Of a stretch of DNA of 64,000 nucleotides, positions 1 through 9,305 are shown piece by piece. Made by a program: the position numbers and the translations under genes. The notes under the pieces were generated by a model. That model made no database searches. It worked only from the letters and a program-made list of their open reading frames with translations, and was not told the DNA's origin. The DNA lies in the IMG/VR virus record IMGVR_UViG_3300004369_000009, positions 9,657 to 73,656 of that record. One strand, written 5' to 3'. The stretch comes from a virus. The number at the start of each line of letters is the position of its first letter. The stretch's first letter is position 1.

Positions 1-3000
1 AAGTTTACAACGATAGCGATCGTCGTGGTCATCGGCATATGTTAGTGTGCCAGTTGTATAATTGGCGGAGGTTGCTCCAGGAACATCAGTCCAATTGCTT
101 CCTTGATCATCAGATCTCTGCCACTGGAAAGTAACACTGGGGGTATGATCGCTAAGGATTTGGGCATATGTTTTATCCCAAAGTGCTTGTTGATCTGGAT
201 CATCAAATTGATTTCCACCCCCTGCTGGAGTAGTCCAATCGGCAATACCGAAGGAAGAACTTACTAGAGCATTGATAGCCTGATTGACAGCAGTGCCATT
301 CGCAGCAAATGATGCGGTCTCTCCCTCATTAGCCACTTGAGCAGTGGGTTCCAGGGTGATGCTAATGTTAACGGTTTCTACCTGAAGAACCGCAACATCA
401 GAAGTTACCGTGGGAGCACCAGCAGCAGCGATGAGAACTCTAAACTGATACTCATCATCGCCCGCAGTGAGAGTAGGAGTTGTATAAGATGCTGTATTAG
501 CGCCAGAGATGTTTGACCAGTTAGATCCACCATCGATGGACTGTTGCCATTGATATGTAAGATCGCCAGGAACACCGTCCGATGTAGTAGCGGTCACACT
601 AAATGTTCTAGTGCCACCAACAGATCCAACTTGGTTCTGAGGTTGAACACTAATAACAACAAGTCTAGTAACTGTTAACTCTGCTGCTGTAGATAGAACA
701 TCAGAAGAACCATCAACCCTAAGATTACACTTAAAGAATGTGCTGTTGTCGTTAGCGTATGTAGTTGCTGGTGTTGTATACGAAGGGGAAGTAGCACCAC
801 CAATATCGGAATATACTCCGTTAATGGTAGTGGATCTTTTCCACTGATATGCCAAAGTAGCACTATCAGCAGTAGAAGCAACAATTGTGAAGGTAGCTGC
901 GGCAGGAGCAACGACGCTTTGTGGTTGGGGATCTTGAGATACAGCGATCACTCTGTACATGCTCAAGTTAGCCACATTAGATGTGGTTGTTTGTACCGCA
1001 GTGCTGGAATCTAGAATACAACGATACTGATAACCATTAAATGCGAAGTCGTCATCAACAGTCAGAGTATCAGTAAGTTCTCCACTGTGTCCTGCCAAAG
1101 AACTAATGTTGTTCCAGTTGGAGCCCGTATCTGTAGAGTATTGCCACTGATAAGTAACTGTGGATGAATCCGAAGAGTATCCTTGGAGTGGACCGAAGAC
1201 CGCATTTGTACCACCACCAGCTTCAATATTTTGATCAACTGGTTGAGTTGTGATGAATACCAGAACACCCGTTCCGTTTGTTTGGAAGGAATAACTGCGG
1301 GATTCACCACTCTTCAGTTCAGTGACAGTGATATTAAAAGTTAGGTCTTGATAGCTAGAAGTTACTGTTCCAGAAAGAACACCAGAACTGGTACTGAAGG
1401 TAAGACCTGTGCCACTAATACTATCCCCACTCAGTTGATATTCCCTAGCAGCAAATGGTTCATTAGCATACGAAACAATAGTTTGGATGCCAAGTTGGAG
1501 ATTCACCGAAGCTCCATTATCATATCCCTGACCACTTGTTAGATCACCTGCGCTAGTGTACCAAGTGATTGTCTTGGGAATGAATGGGTTGAACATACCC
1601 ATAACTTTGGAGATGACCGAATCTGTGCTCGATACATCAAAGTCAACACCAGTATGTACTGGGATATTATTAATGGCTCTACCACTATGAGTTGCCTCTT
1701 CAGAGTCAAGCTCAGCGAATAAAGTTATGTTAGAAAATGTTGGACCATCAGTAAACTCATGAGTATCAGAAATAATACACATGTAGTTGTTTGTTCCACC
1801 ACCGCTTGCTGTGCTAGTAGCAGGGTTCGATACACCGATGGTGATCGTATTGTTTACAGGATCCTGTGCTGTAATCTGATGCCATTGATAGGATTCATTT
1901 TTAATATTAACACCACCAACACTCAGAGAAGAGGCACCTACTCTAAACTGGATATACTTGTTAATGTTGTTGAGGAATACAGAAGACTGTGCTGGTGGAA
2001 AAGAGATTTTCAGATCAGTGCTAGCCGAAGTTGTAGCAAAAGGATCCGTTGGTAGTCTGTATTCTGTAGCAGTATTGATTGGATATGCGGTGCTACTGAC
2101 AGCAGAGATATCTCCAACAGTACCCCTCTGGCGGATAAAGTCTTTAGCCAGCCCAGTAAGATCTGTAGTTGTCAGGTTGTAGTTATTGCTAGTCACCCAC
2201 TGACACATGATACCAGCAACAACAGGGGCAGAGAAAGATGTACCGCTGATGTTTCCGTAGTTGCTTGTGCTGGTATACGGGGTATTAGCAGTCCAATCGT
2301 AGAAAGGAACTGTCATGTGCGCCCCTGGGGCTACGGTGGTTGTACCAGATCCGTAGTTAGAAAAGTCTGCCCAACGGTCGTTGTAATCAGAAGCACCAAC
2401 CGAGATGCTCTTGATATTAACGTCCTGATAGTTTACATCATTATCGGAGAAGCCAGAGGATCTAGCACCAGCAACATATCTTGTCTGGAGTGGACCAGCA
2501 AAATTATTAGAGGCATCGCTAAATCCATTGCCAGCAGATCTGACAAGAATGATATTGTTATCGACGATTACTTTTTCAGCTTCGTCATAGAGTTCCAGGT
2601 CGAACCCAGCGTCTTGCCCACTCTCGTTAATCTCAACGTAGGGGAAAGAACCGCTTGGAGATGCGGGTCCAAAGGAAGCGTTAATAACAGAAGGTCTTGT
2701 ATTGCCCTTGTAGTTGGGGTGACCCGAATCATTATGGTCAATGACCGCCTGATAGGCATCGATGATGTCAGCGAGAGATCCACTACCTGAGCTACTAAAA
2801 GCTTTTAGAGCATAGATCTTTGTTTTGCGAGCAACACCTGCCCTGATGCCAGCCGCACAAATGGCACAGTTAGTTCCGTGACCCTGGTCATCTTCATTGG
2901 AGTTGGTACCATATGAACCAACAGTAAAACCAGATTGGAATCCAGTTACTTCATATACACGATAAGACTGTTGCTCCGAAGTACCGTTTAGGTCGATAAT

Positions 3001-3903
3001 GTTATCGGGGTCATATAGTTCTGGGTGAAGCGCAGCGTTAGTTCCTGTGGGTCTAGAAGATCCACGAACACCAGTATCAATAACATAGAGGTCGCATCCG
3101 TCGCCTTCCTCTGGGCTATTGTACACACCGTTCATGTAGGAACGGTTTTGCTTTGTAATTCTATCGAGGTGCCAGAAGTCATGAATACAGAACTTACCAA
3201 AACGAGCAGGACTATCGTTGTAGTTGCCGTAATTGGAAGAGTTAGCGTTATACCAGTAGATAACAGATGGGGTGCTAGAACCTACAGTAATTCTTGTATA
3301 GGCACCAGACTGTCCAGGAGTACCAGCAGCGGTTACACCTGTGGAGTAAATAACGCCACCAGCAGTCCATATGCCGTCGGGCGTAATAGAGAGTCTAAGG
3401 GGGTGACCTGCGTTTGAGGAGTCTGACTGGTCAAATGTATAAGTACCGCCTTGGAGGAATCCAGTAAAGGTTGAGATTCTACTAAATGGTCCACCTGAAC
3501 TTGTTGAGAAGACGTATCTTGGACCAGCAGTAAAGTTCTGAACACGCACATAGATAGTTCCACCAGAGCCAGTGGAAAGAATCCTAGTGTTCTTCGTGTC
3601 TTGAAGTTGGGCATCATTATCTTCAACTTCATCACCAACATACTCTACATTTAATACTTCGCCACCATCGTCATAATCAGTGACGCGAAACTCTCTATCC
3701 CAAGTGGCTCCTTTGAGACCTTCGGTTAGACGCACACTTTCAAGATTCTCGGCAGTAGCATTCTCGTCTGCCACGCTAAATCTGATGGTGCGGAATGATC
3801 TAAGTGTCTTTACAAACTCTAAATAATCATGCTGACTAAGGAGAGTATCCTTTACATCGTTAACGTCAAATGAGTCTGCGACCTTAACTAATAGGGTTGC
3901 CAT
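1..3903 (-). CDS. Large S8 (subtilisin/proteinase K-like) serine peptidase with prodomain-like N-terminus and C-terminal Ig-like repeats; probable virion protein; 3' end lies outside the window
   Basis: Partly translated by hand from ATG at 3903 (MATLLVKVADSF...). The catalytic triad is in frame: YVIDTG (Asp codon 3078-3076), DQGHGTNCA (His 2880-2878), ISGTSFSAP (Ser 2238-2236), plus oxyanion motif RSAGNG and FSNYG. Its absence from the ORF track fits a frame with no stop before the window edge. Confidence 0.9.
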   Translation of the reverse strand, partial: MATLLVKVADSFDVNDVKDTLLSQHDYLEFVKTLRSFRTIRFSVADENATAENLESVRLTEGLKGATWDREFRVTDYDDGGEVLNVEYVGDEVEDNDAQLQDTKNTRILSTGSGGTIYVRVQNFTAGPRYVFSTSSGGPFSRISTFTGFLQGGTYTFDQSDSSNAGHPLRLSITPDGIWTAGGVIYSTGVTAAGTPGQSGAYTRITVGSSTPSVIYWYNANSSNYGNYNDSPARFGKFCIHDFWHLDRITKQNRSYMNGVYNSPEEGDGCDLYVIDTGVRGSSRPTGTNAALHPELYDPDNIIDLNGTSEQQSYRVYEVTGFQSGFTVGSYGTNSNEDDQGHGTNCAICAAGIRAGVARKTKIYALKAFSSSGSGSLADIIDAYQAVIDHNDSGHPNYKGNTRPSVINASFGPASPSGSFPYVEINESGQDAGFDLELYDEAEKVIVDNNIILVRSAGNGFSDASNNFAGPLQTRYVAGARSSGFSDNDVNYQDVNIKSISVGASDYNDRWADFSNYGSGTTTVAPGAHMTVPFYDWTANTPYTSTSNYGNISGTSFSAPVVAGIMCQWVTSNNYNLTTTDLTGLAKDFIRQRGTVGDISAVSSTAYPINTATEYRLPTDPFATTSASTDLKISFPPAQSSVFLNNINKYIQFRVGASSLSVGGVNIKNESYQWHQITAQDPVNNTITIGVSNPATSTASGGGTNNYMCIISDTHEFTDGPTFSNITLFAELDSEEATHSGRAINNIPVHTGVDFDVSSTDSVISKVMGMFNPFIPKTITWYTSAGDLTSGQGYDNGASVNLQLGIQTIVSYANEPFAAREYQLSGDSISGTGLTFSTSSGVLSGTVTSSYQDLTFNITVTELKSGESRSYSFQTNGTGVLVFITTQPVDQNIEAGGGTNAVFGPLQGYSSDSSTVTYQWQYSTDTGSNWNNISSLAGHSGELTDTLTVDDDFAFNGYQYRCILDSSTAVQTTTSNVANLSMYRVIAVSQDPQPQSVVAPAAATFTIVASTADSATLAYQWKRSTTINGVYSDIGGATSPSYTTPATTYANDNSTFFKCNLRVDGSSDVLSTAAELTVTRLVVISVQPQNQVGSVGGTRTFSVTATTSDGVPGDLTYQWQQSIDGGSNWSNISGANTASYTTPTLTAGDDEYQFRVLIAAAGAPTVTSDVAVLQVETVNISITLEPTAQVANEGETASFAANGTAVNQAINALVSSSFGIADWTTPAGGGNQFDDPDQQALWDKTYAQILSDHTPSVTFQWQRSDDQGSNWTDVPGATSANYTTGTLTYADDHDDRYRCKL

Positions 3904-3937
3904 GTACGCCTGTCCAGGTCAGTGTTATCCTCTTCAG

Positions 3938-3945
3938 TATTTATA
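3938..3945 (-). promoter_or_regulatory. T4-type late promoter TATAAATA for the S8 peptidase gene
   Basis: Exact T4 gp55 late consensus, about 35 nt upstream of the ATG at 3903. Confidence 0.75.
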
Positions 3946-3950
3946 GCCAA

Positions 3951-4229
3951 ATGTCGTTAAGAGATAGAACCGCACCTACGGGTGAATATAGAAATAGGGA
4001 ACATCTTTGGTCTCGCATCAAAGCACCCTTTGATGGAACTCCAGAGACTGTTCCCTATGAAGTAGGCGGTAAGTATGATGGAAGGGAAATTCGTTCCATC
4101 GGTATTACCAAAAATATTTACGGTAAAAGATATTACCTAATTGTTGCTGGTGATAAGACTCATGCTCCTCAAAGATTTGAATTTGATGAGAAGCATGATA
4201 TGCTTAGCAGTAAGGCTTTACTCAGCTAA
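3951..4229 (+). CDS. Hypothetical protein (92 aa); the only plausible plus-strand gene
   Basis: ATG at 3951 (MSLRDRTAPTG...). It fills the gap between minus-strand genes and has a protein-like composition. Confidence 0.6.
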   Translation: MSLRDRTAPTGEYRNREHLWSRIKAPFDGTPETVPYEVGGKYDGREIRSIGITKNIYGKRYYLIVAGDKTHAPQRFEFDEKHDMLSSKALLS

Positions 4230-4419
4230 CAACCTCAACTTCACCCGTAGTAGCGGGTTCATCAAGATTCTTTTCAGCCAGACGGAGACCTTCAATTGCG
4301 CCACCAAGACGCAAGAGTTGTTCTTGTCTGGCTTTTAGTGCGTCTTCGATCTCCGAGATTTCACCACGGATCTTACCGCGCTGCTCTTCAAAGTCTTTGA
4401 TCATTTCTTCAATAGTCAT
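4222..4419 (-). CDS. Small coiled-coil hypothetical protein
   Basis: 65 aa, rich in E/K/R/L heptads; ATGA overlap with the upstream gene. Confidence 0.75.
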   Translation of the reverse strand: MTIEEMIKDFEEQRGKIRGEISEIEDALKARQEQLLRLGGAIEGLRLAEKNLDEPATTGEVEVVS

Positions 4420-4685
4420 GCTTCACTCCGTTGGATTTTGGATTCTTCACCAAGAACTTTGGTGCGTACAAGGTCAAGGGCTTCACAAGCACCTTCAAGT
4501 TTGAGGCACTTGTTCCGAACTTCGTTAAGTTCGGTAAGATCTACACGAGTCAAGAGGGCAGAATTCTTTTCAAGCTCGTCTTCGCGCTCTTTAACATCCT
4601 TACGGCAAGCGACAAGTTGCTCAACAAAGTCATCCCACACATCCGTAAAATCTAGAAGACCTTCGGTTGTTGTTTCTTCAGACAT
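4416..4685 (-). CDS. Small coiled-coil hypothetical protein
   Basis: 89 aa, charged and helical; KLEGACEAL resembles RLGGAIEGL in the neighbouring gene. Confidence 0.75.
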   Translation of the reverse strand: MSEETTTEGLLDFTDVWDDFVEQLVACRKDVKEREDELEKNSALLTRVDLTELNEVRNKCLKLEGACEALDLVRTKVLGEESKIQRSEA

Positions 4686-5310
4686 AGTTTCTCACTTCAT
4701 CTTTAATGTGTCCTTCTGTCAGCTCATATGGAGTAGCAAGATAGGGACGAGTATCATACTTTAGATCGCTATAGTGACCATTAGCAAAGACATACTGCAT
4801 GAAAGCATTCATCTGCTCTCTGCCTGTATACTTCTCACGCCAGTGGGGAATGAGTGATCCTGAATATATTACCACATCTCCTGGCTCAAGGTCAACCTTT
4901 CTCAGGTTACCTTCCCATTCAAAGTAGAGGAACGATGGATGTTCCTCATCCCTTGCGATGTTGACGTTTACTGCTACTTCAGAACTTCTACGGTCAACGT
5001 GCCGAACAAGCTCGCTGCCTTCAGTATATATACGACCATAAGAATAGGTCGGATGTAACTTCTCTTCTAGAATCCTCTCTACCTTTGGTTGGAGAACCAG
5101 ACTTAGAGATTCAAAACAAAGTGGAGAGTACCAAGAGAATGTGTTAGGAACAGTAGGGTCATTATATCCCTCAGTGTTTCCCATCGCTTTTAGAGCATCT
5201 CGCATAAGTCTAAACTCGGTAGCGAGAAGATCAATGGCATTGGGAGATACCATCTGCCTAACCAGTTTAACAAATGGCTTTCTATGTAATTGTATAGTGT
5301 GTTCTGTCAT
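4678..5310 (-). CDS. 2OG-Fe(II) oxygenase-like protein
   Basis: PTYSYGRIY..G..L.RHVDR (HxD) and PGD.VIYSG..IPHWR (distal His). Confidence 0.8.
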   Translation of the reverse strand: MTEHTIQLHRKPFVKLVRQMVSPNAIDLLATEFRLMRDALKAMGNTEGYNDPTVPNTFSWYSPLCFESLSLVLQPKVERILEEKLHPTYSYGRIYTEGSELVRHVDRRSSEVAVNVNIARDEEHPSFLYFEWEGNLRKVDLEPGDVVIYSGSLIPHWREKYTGREQMNAFMQYVFANGHYSDLKYDTRPYLATPYELTEGHIKDEVRNYV

Positions 5311-5965
5311 AGAAATTAGAGGGTATCACAGTGGGCATACATGGGATGCTCATTGACAGTCTTCTGGAAGTTGGTGTGGCTTTGTGCCACGCCCTATCTG
5401 GAATATACAACATATCTCCAGGTTTGAGAACCCCCTGCCAGTCAACTTCATATTTTGATTCATCTACGGGTTTATCGTTCCTAGCTTCCCATAGAGAGGT
5501 AGCCCTATTTTTATAGACTACCCAATCTGTTTCACCTTCGCATTGAATAATAAAGTTAGCGAAGTGGTCATAATGGCACTTGAAAGAATTAGCCGAATCT
5601 CTTGCCCCATAGACATGGATATCAGAGTTTACATCAAAGTGCCTTTCGATCTCAGCGCATAGAGATCTAACTCTAGCATTTGCTCTACTATATGACAAGA
5701 TAACAAAACTCTTACCACTTACGATGTGGTTATGGATAAGTTTTTTATCTTGATCTGGAGTTCTAGCCCATGCTGGTTTATAGATTTCAATGTCTCGCTT
5801 AGAACCATCTGGCATGATGAGTTCCCAATACATATCTGATCTATGTAAAGCATCCTCTACTGTCTCCCAAGAACAATACTTCTCAGGAGACTTGAGAAAA
5901 TCTGGAACATAAGTGGCTTGATCCTTTCCCAGTAGATTAGCCGTTGCGAAGAAATTGTTCCACAT
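5282..5965 (-). CDS. JmjC/cupin-4 (ROXA/YcfD-like) 2OG oxygenase
   Basis: SFKCHYD..ANFIIQCEGETDW and LKPGDMLYIP..AWHKA are characteristic JmjC-type motifs. Confidence 0.85.
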   Translation of the reverse strand: MWNNFFATANLLGKDQATYVPDFLKSPEKYCSWETVEDALHRSDMYWELIMPDGSKRDIEIYKPAWARTPDQDKKLIHNHIVSGKSFVILSYSRANARVRSLCAEIERHFDVNSDIHVYGARDSANSFKCHYDHFANFIIQCEGETDWVVYKNRATSLWEARNDKPVDESKYEVDWQGVLKPGDMLYIPDRAWHKATPTSRRLSMSIPCMPTVIPSNFYDRTHYTIT

Positions 5966-6551
5966 TTCGAGCTCTACTACACAGGTTTATAGTCAATGCT
6001 ATTCTAGCATCATGTTCCTTAGGGCAGGAAGAAGCATGATAGTGCTTTCCATCAAAGACAAACAGTTTGTTCCTCTCAGGATGACACTGGTACTTGATAG
6101 TGTATTTGTCAGATTCTGTAGTCTCATTAAATACGACAGTTGGACCATCAGAATCATTTACATAATACAAACAAGTAAAGTGATCTCCTACCTGGGTCTC
6201 TGGATAATCGATATGTGGTTGATTGTGGAGCATATGCTCATCCCTAAAAGTAGGGAAGTTCAAACCACAGCGAATCCGAGCCAGTTGCCAATCTCTATAA
6301 TCTAACTCCATCGCATCCAGGATGTAGTGGTAGATAAAACTAAACTTATCATACCACTCACTAGCGCGACCATCGACATAAGGAGTGTGATGCATTCCAG
6401 GTTGAGACCTGTAATATGCTGGAACTTCATCCCTAGCATCGGGAGAAACTGTTACATCATCAAGCCAGTACCAAGGAAAAATATTCGAGGTAAGGAGATC
6501 ATGAACCTCTAGTGCTAGAGAGTTAGGTAGAAAATTCTTAAATTCTTTCAT
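5937..6551 (-). CDS. 2OG-Fe(II) oxygenase
   Basis: PHID (HxD), LYYVNDSDGPT, FDGKHYHASS, and a terminal Arg in ARIAL. Confidence 0.85.
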   Translation of the reverse strand: MKEFKNFLPNSLALEVHDLLTSNIFPWYWLDDVTVSPDARDEVPAYYRSQPGMHHTPYVDGRASEWYDKFSFIYHYILDAMELDYRDWQLARIRCGLNFPTFRDEHMLHNQPHIDYPETQVGDHFTCLYYVNDSDGPTVVFNETTESDKYTIKYQCHPERNKLFVFDGKHYHASSCPKEHDARIALTINLCSRARNVEQFLRNG

Positions 6552-7111
6552 CGTAAATTAAATGACAAAGATATCCTGTCAGAAAAGGATAGGTTAGCTT
6601 TCACATGATGCATCACCCACGCTGGGAAGATAATCAAGCGATTTGGTATCGGTGTATACTCATACTCAGCATTACTATATCTAGTCATGTTTGGAGCAAT
6701 GGTTCCCAGAGCGAAGTCATTGGACCCTCTAGTAAAGCATAGATTGCCAGCGTTCTCATCTGCTTTCACATAAAAAACCCCAGACAGTTTACATTCTGGA
6801 TGTACATGAACTTGATTATATGAAAGTCTGGGATTGATATTGACCCAGAGATTGACAATACTATCAGCAGGTTCTGGTATACCTAACTCATTGGAAGCCA
6901 CCGCTGCCATCTTAGCAATTGCTTCGACTAAAGGTTTAAGTGGTGTCCTATCAAACTCTTTGTAGTCATTTGACTGCCACCCACCAACGTTAGATACCAG
7001 TCTACCTTCATCTTTTTCCTTCTCAAGATAAGCCCAATACATGATGCTATCGAGATCAAGTTTCAGGTCAGTTCCCCATATGGGAGTGGGGAAGATTTCA
7101 TCTAGGAACAT
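6548..7111 (-). CDS. Putative 2OG-Fe(II) oxygenase, TIGR02466-like
   Basis: FPTPI, WVNIN, HVHP, LSGVFYV, IFPAWVMHHV, RISLSFN. Confidence 0.85.
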   Translation of the reverse strand: MFLDEIFPTPIWGTDLKLDLDSIMYWAYLEKEKDEGRLVSNVGGWQSNDYKEFDRTPLKPLVEAIAKMAAVASNELGIPEPADSIVNLWVNINPRLSYNQVHVHPECKLSGVFYVKADENAGNLCFTRGSNDFALGTIAPNMTRYSNAEYEYTPIPNRLIIFPAWVMHHVKANLSFSDRISLSFNLR

Positions 7112-7880
7112 TTCGTAAAGGCGTATACTTAAATCCGAAGCAATGACTCCATCTCCATTCTACACTCTCTGGGATCCATGGAGCGTGAATGGTGTTCGCA
7201 TTGTACAGTGTCATAGTTCCGTACTCTGCTGCGGCGAAACCTGTCTTAATGAAACCCCAATGCCGTTGCTTATCTGAATCGAAGTTGATCCATCTGTCGT
7301 CATGATTGGTGCCGTCTCCGTGCCAACTATGCCACTCTTTATACCTGTGGTGATTTGGATCGATTTGGAAATCGTACCGTCCCTCATCAATCGTTCCTTT
7401 ATACTTAAAGAAGTTGGTTCCTGTTTCATTTTCTTCGTGGTGAGAAAGCCAGAGGTTAGCAATGAATCCTTCATCAGTGCCAAAGTCTCTATGTGGCATC
7501 TGCCAACAACTTACAGGACGGCACCTATCTTTAACATAGATGTTCCCCCATTCAGAGAATCTCTCATCATGTAGTCCCACATCAGCTGATTGCTTGAAGT
7601 GGTTGACCATTATGAAATGACGGATCTGTTCTGCGATGGGGGAAAATATCCAATAAGGTATCGACGTTTGCGCGAAAGGGTTTGAATCGCTCGCACTACC
7701 AGCATTGTTGTAGTCTTCTATTGGATAGCACTTGAGCACCTCAACGAATTCATCGAGGTCATAAAACATATCACGAATACGCCAGTATTGCCCATGGAAC
7801 GTAAAGTTCCATTCATCAAATGGTTTGATGAACTTGGCTTTATGTTTGGGAACAGGAAGAATCTTAAAATCTTCAATCAT
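7098..7880 (-). CDS. 2OG-Fe(II) oxygenase-like protein
   Basis: PHRD (HxD), NLWLS, GTNFFKYKG, LYNANTIHAP (distal His). Confidence 0.65.
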   Translation of the reverse strand: MIEDFKILPVPKHKAKFIKPFDEWNFTFHGQYWRIRDMFYDLDEFVEVLKCYPIEDYNNAGSASDSNPFAQTSIPYWIFSPIAEQIRHFIMVNHFKQSADVGLHDERFSEWGNIYVKDRCRPVSCWQMPHRDFGTDEGFIANLWLSHHEENETGTNFFKYKGTIDEGRYDFQIDPNHHRYKEWHSWHGDGTNHDDRWINFDSDKQRHWGFIKTGFAAAEYGTMTLYNANTIHAPWIPESVEWRWSHCFGFKYTPLRNVPR

Positions 7881-8478
7881 AACCTAGGTAATTAAATGAT
7901 ATAGCGATCCTCTGAGAAGCATTACTTGGTGGGACTCTATGCCTTACCCAAGATGGGAAAAGAATAAAGTCATACTGCTCTGCTGTCACTTCAGTAGATA
8001 TAGTATCTATACCTGCCATGTGTTCATATGGTGTCATCCTTAGAATGTAATCATTGGGATTACAAAATCGAATGTTAGCCGAACCCTTAGGCTTCTTAAA
8101 ATAGTAGACTCCAGATACTTGGCATCTACCATTCCAACCATCTCTATGACTGTGCTCTGCTGTGCTGTCATTAGAGAAATGTTTGTTTGCCCAAGAGTGC
8201 TGACACTCAACGTAAGCCATCCTTCTATATCCAAGGATGTTCACCCAGTAGTCTCGGACAGCGTAATCAATCCTTTTCCAGAACCATTTCAATTCAGGAA
8301 TGCCATGAAGGTCCATGCCATTAGGTGCGGTAGATAAACCAGTCTCACCAGCAAAGTCACCCAACTTAGAATCCAAAAACATTCTAGTAAGGATGTCATC
8401 AAACTCGGCTTCTTGATATTCGGTGGGGCAAAGATGCCCCTTGAATACTGGAACCGAGAACAAAGGATGGATGGTCAT
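7873..8478 (-). CDS. Putative 2OG-Fe(II) oxygenase, TIGR02466-like
   Basis: LFSVPV, SWAN, HSH, SGVYY, LFPSWVRHRV, RIAISFN. ATG at 8478 forms an ATGA overlap with the upstream stop. Confidence 0.85.
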   Translation of the reverse strand: MTIHPLFSVPVFKGHLCPTEYQEAEFDDILTRMFLDSKLGDFAGETGLSTAPNGMDLHGIPELKWFWKRIDYAVRDYWVNILGYRRMAYVECQHSWANKHFSNDSTAEHSHRDGWNGRCQVSGVYYFKKPKGSANIRFCNPNDYILRMTPYEHMAGIDTISTEVTAEQYDFILFPSWVRHRVPPSNASQRIAISFNYLGYD

Positions 8479-9305
8479 TTCCAATACTTTCGCAAGATTT
8501 TATTGGTCTTCAGTTGACGTTTAGTGACGTTAACGTTTTCCTGAAATTCATTATAAGCCGTAAATTGAAACTCGTTTTCTAAAACAAAATCTTCTGGAGT
8601 AGCAACATCAATGGATACATCCAAGTTTTCTAGGAGTTTGCGGGAAATAGGAACGTAGCAAGCAAGAGGAGTTCCTGCCTTAACTACTTCATCACCTTCC
8701 TTCACGTGCCACCAGAGTTGGACATTGACTTCATAAGCCGAGCGTGGATCAAGGATACCAGAAATAGCGCTGAATCTAGATTCATTTACAAACGGGACCT
8801 TAGTCTGAAGGAACACAATGTCATCATCTGCTTGTACTCTCCAACACGTATTGACTTTGATGACTTGATCAATAACGTTATCTTTAGAAGAGTCCATCAA
8901 CCACTTGGCGGTATCACTATCGTGGAGGACCACATAGTCAGAACCAGGAGGACTGAACGGAGTGGTAGTGAAAAGAATAGTATGCCCATCCCCATTGGTG
9001 TGGACCTTGAAGTCAGCTGGAGCACGAACAACGTACCCAGTCCGCATCACCGAGTTAATTGCTGGACATTTACCAATACTATGGGGTTGATTAAATGGGA
9101 TGGCATTCATGATGTTAGCCATAGGGCATTTGGTTTGCCGTTCCCTATAGTCTTCCTTCTCATTCTTAATCCAATCCCGATCCAGTTCTTCAGATCTAAT
9201 CACAGGGTACAGAGTATGCGCCCCAGGAATCAGACTAAAAAATCTAGCACGCGGTTTTTTGGGTTTCTTCATCAACCCCATAAATGTTTTTAACAAGGTA
9301 ATCAT
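8475..9305 (-). CDS. Hypothetical protein of a type that often accompanies phage oxygenase clusters
   Basis: KCP...GYVVRAP.DF, SGILD and AGTPL motifs. Start uncertain (9305, 9281 or 9272); overlaps the halogenase 3' end. Confidence 0.7.
   Translation of the reverse strand: MITLLKTFMGLMKKPKKPRARFFSLIPGAHTLYPVIRSEELDRDWIKNEKEDYRERQTKCPMANIMNAIPFNQPHSIGKCPAINSVMRTGYVVRAPADFKVHTNGDGHTILFTTTPFSPPGSDYVVLHDSDTAKWLMDSSKDNVIDQVIKVNTCWRVQADDDIVFLQTKVPFVNESRFSAISGILDPRSAYEVNVQLWWHVKEGDEVVKAGTPLACYVPISRKLLENLDVSIDVATPEDFVLENEFQFTAYNEFQENVNVTKRQLKTNKILRKYWK

Noticed and set aside
42-3641. Short ORF-track calls on both strands
   Set aside because: They are alternative frames within the single S8 peptidase ORF.
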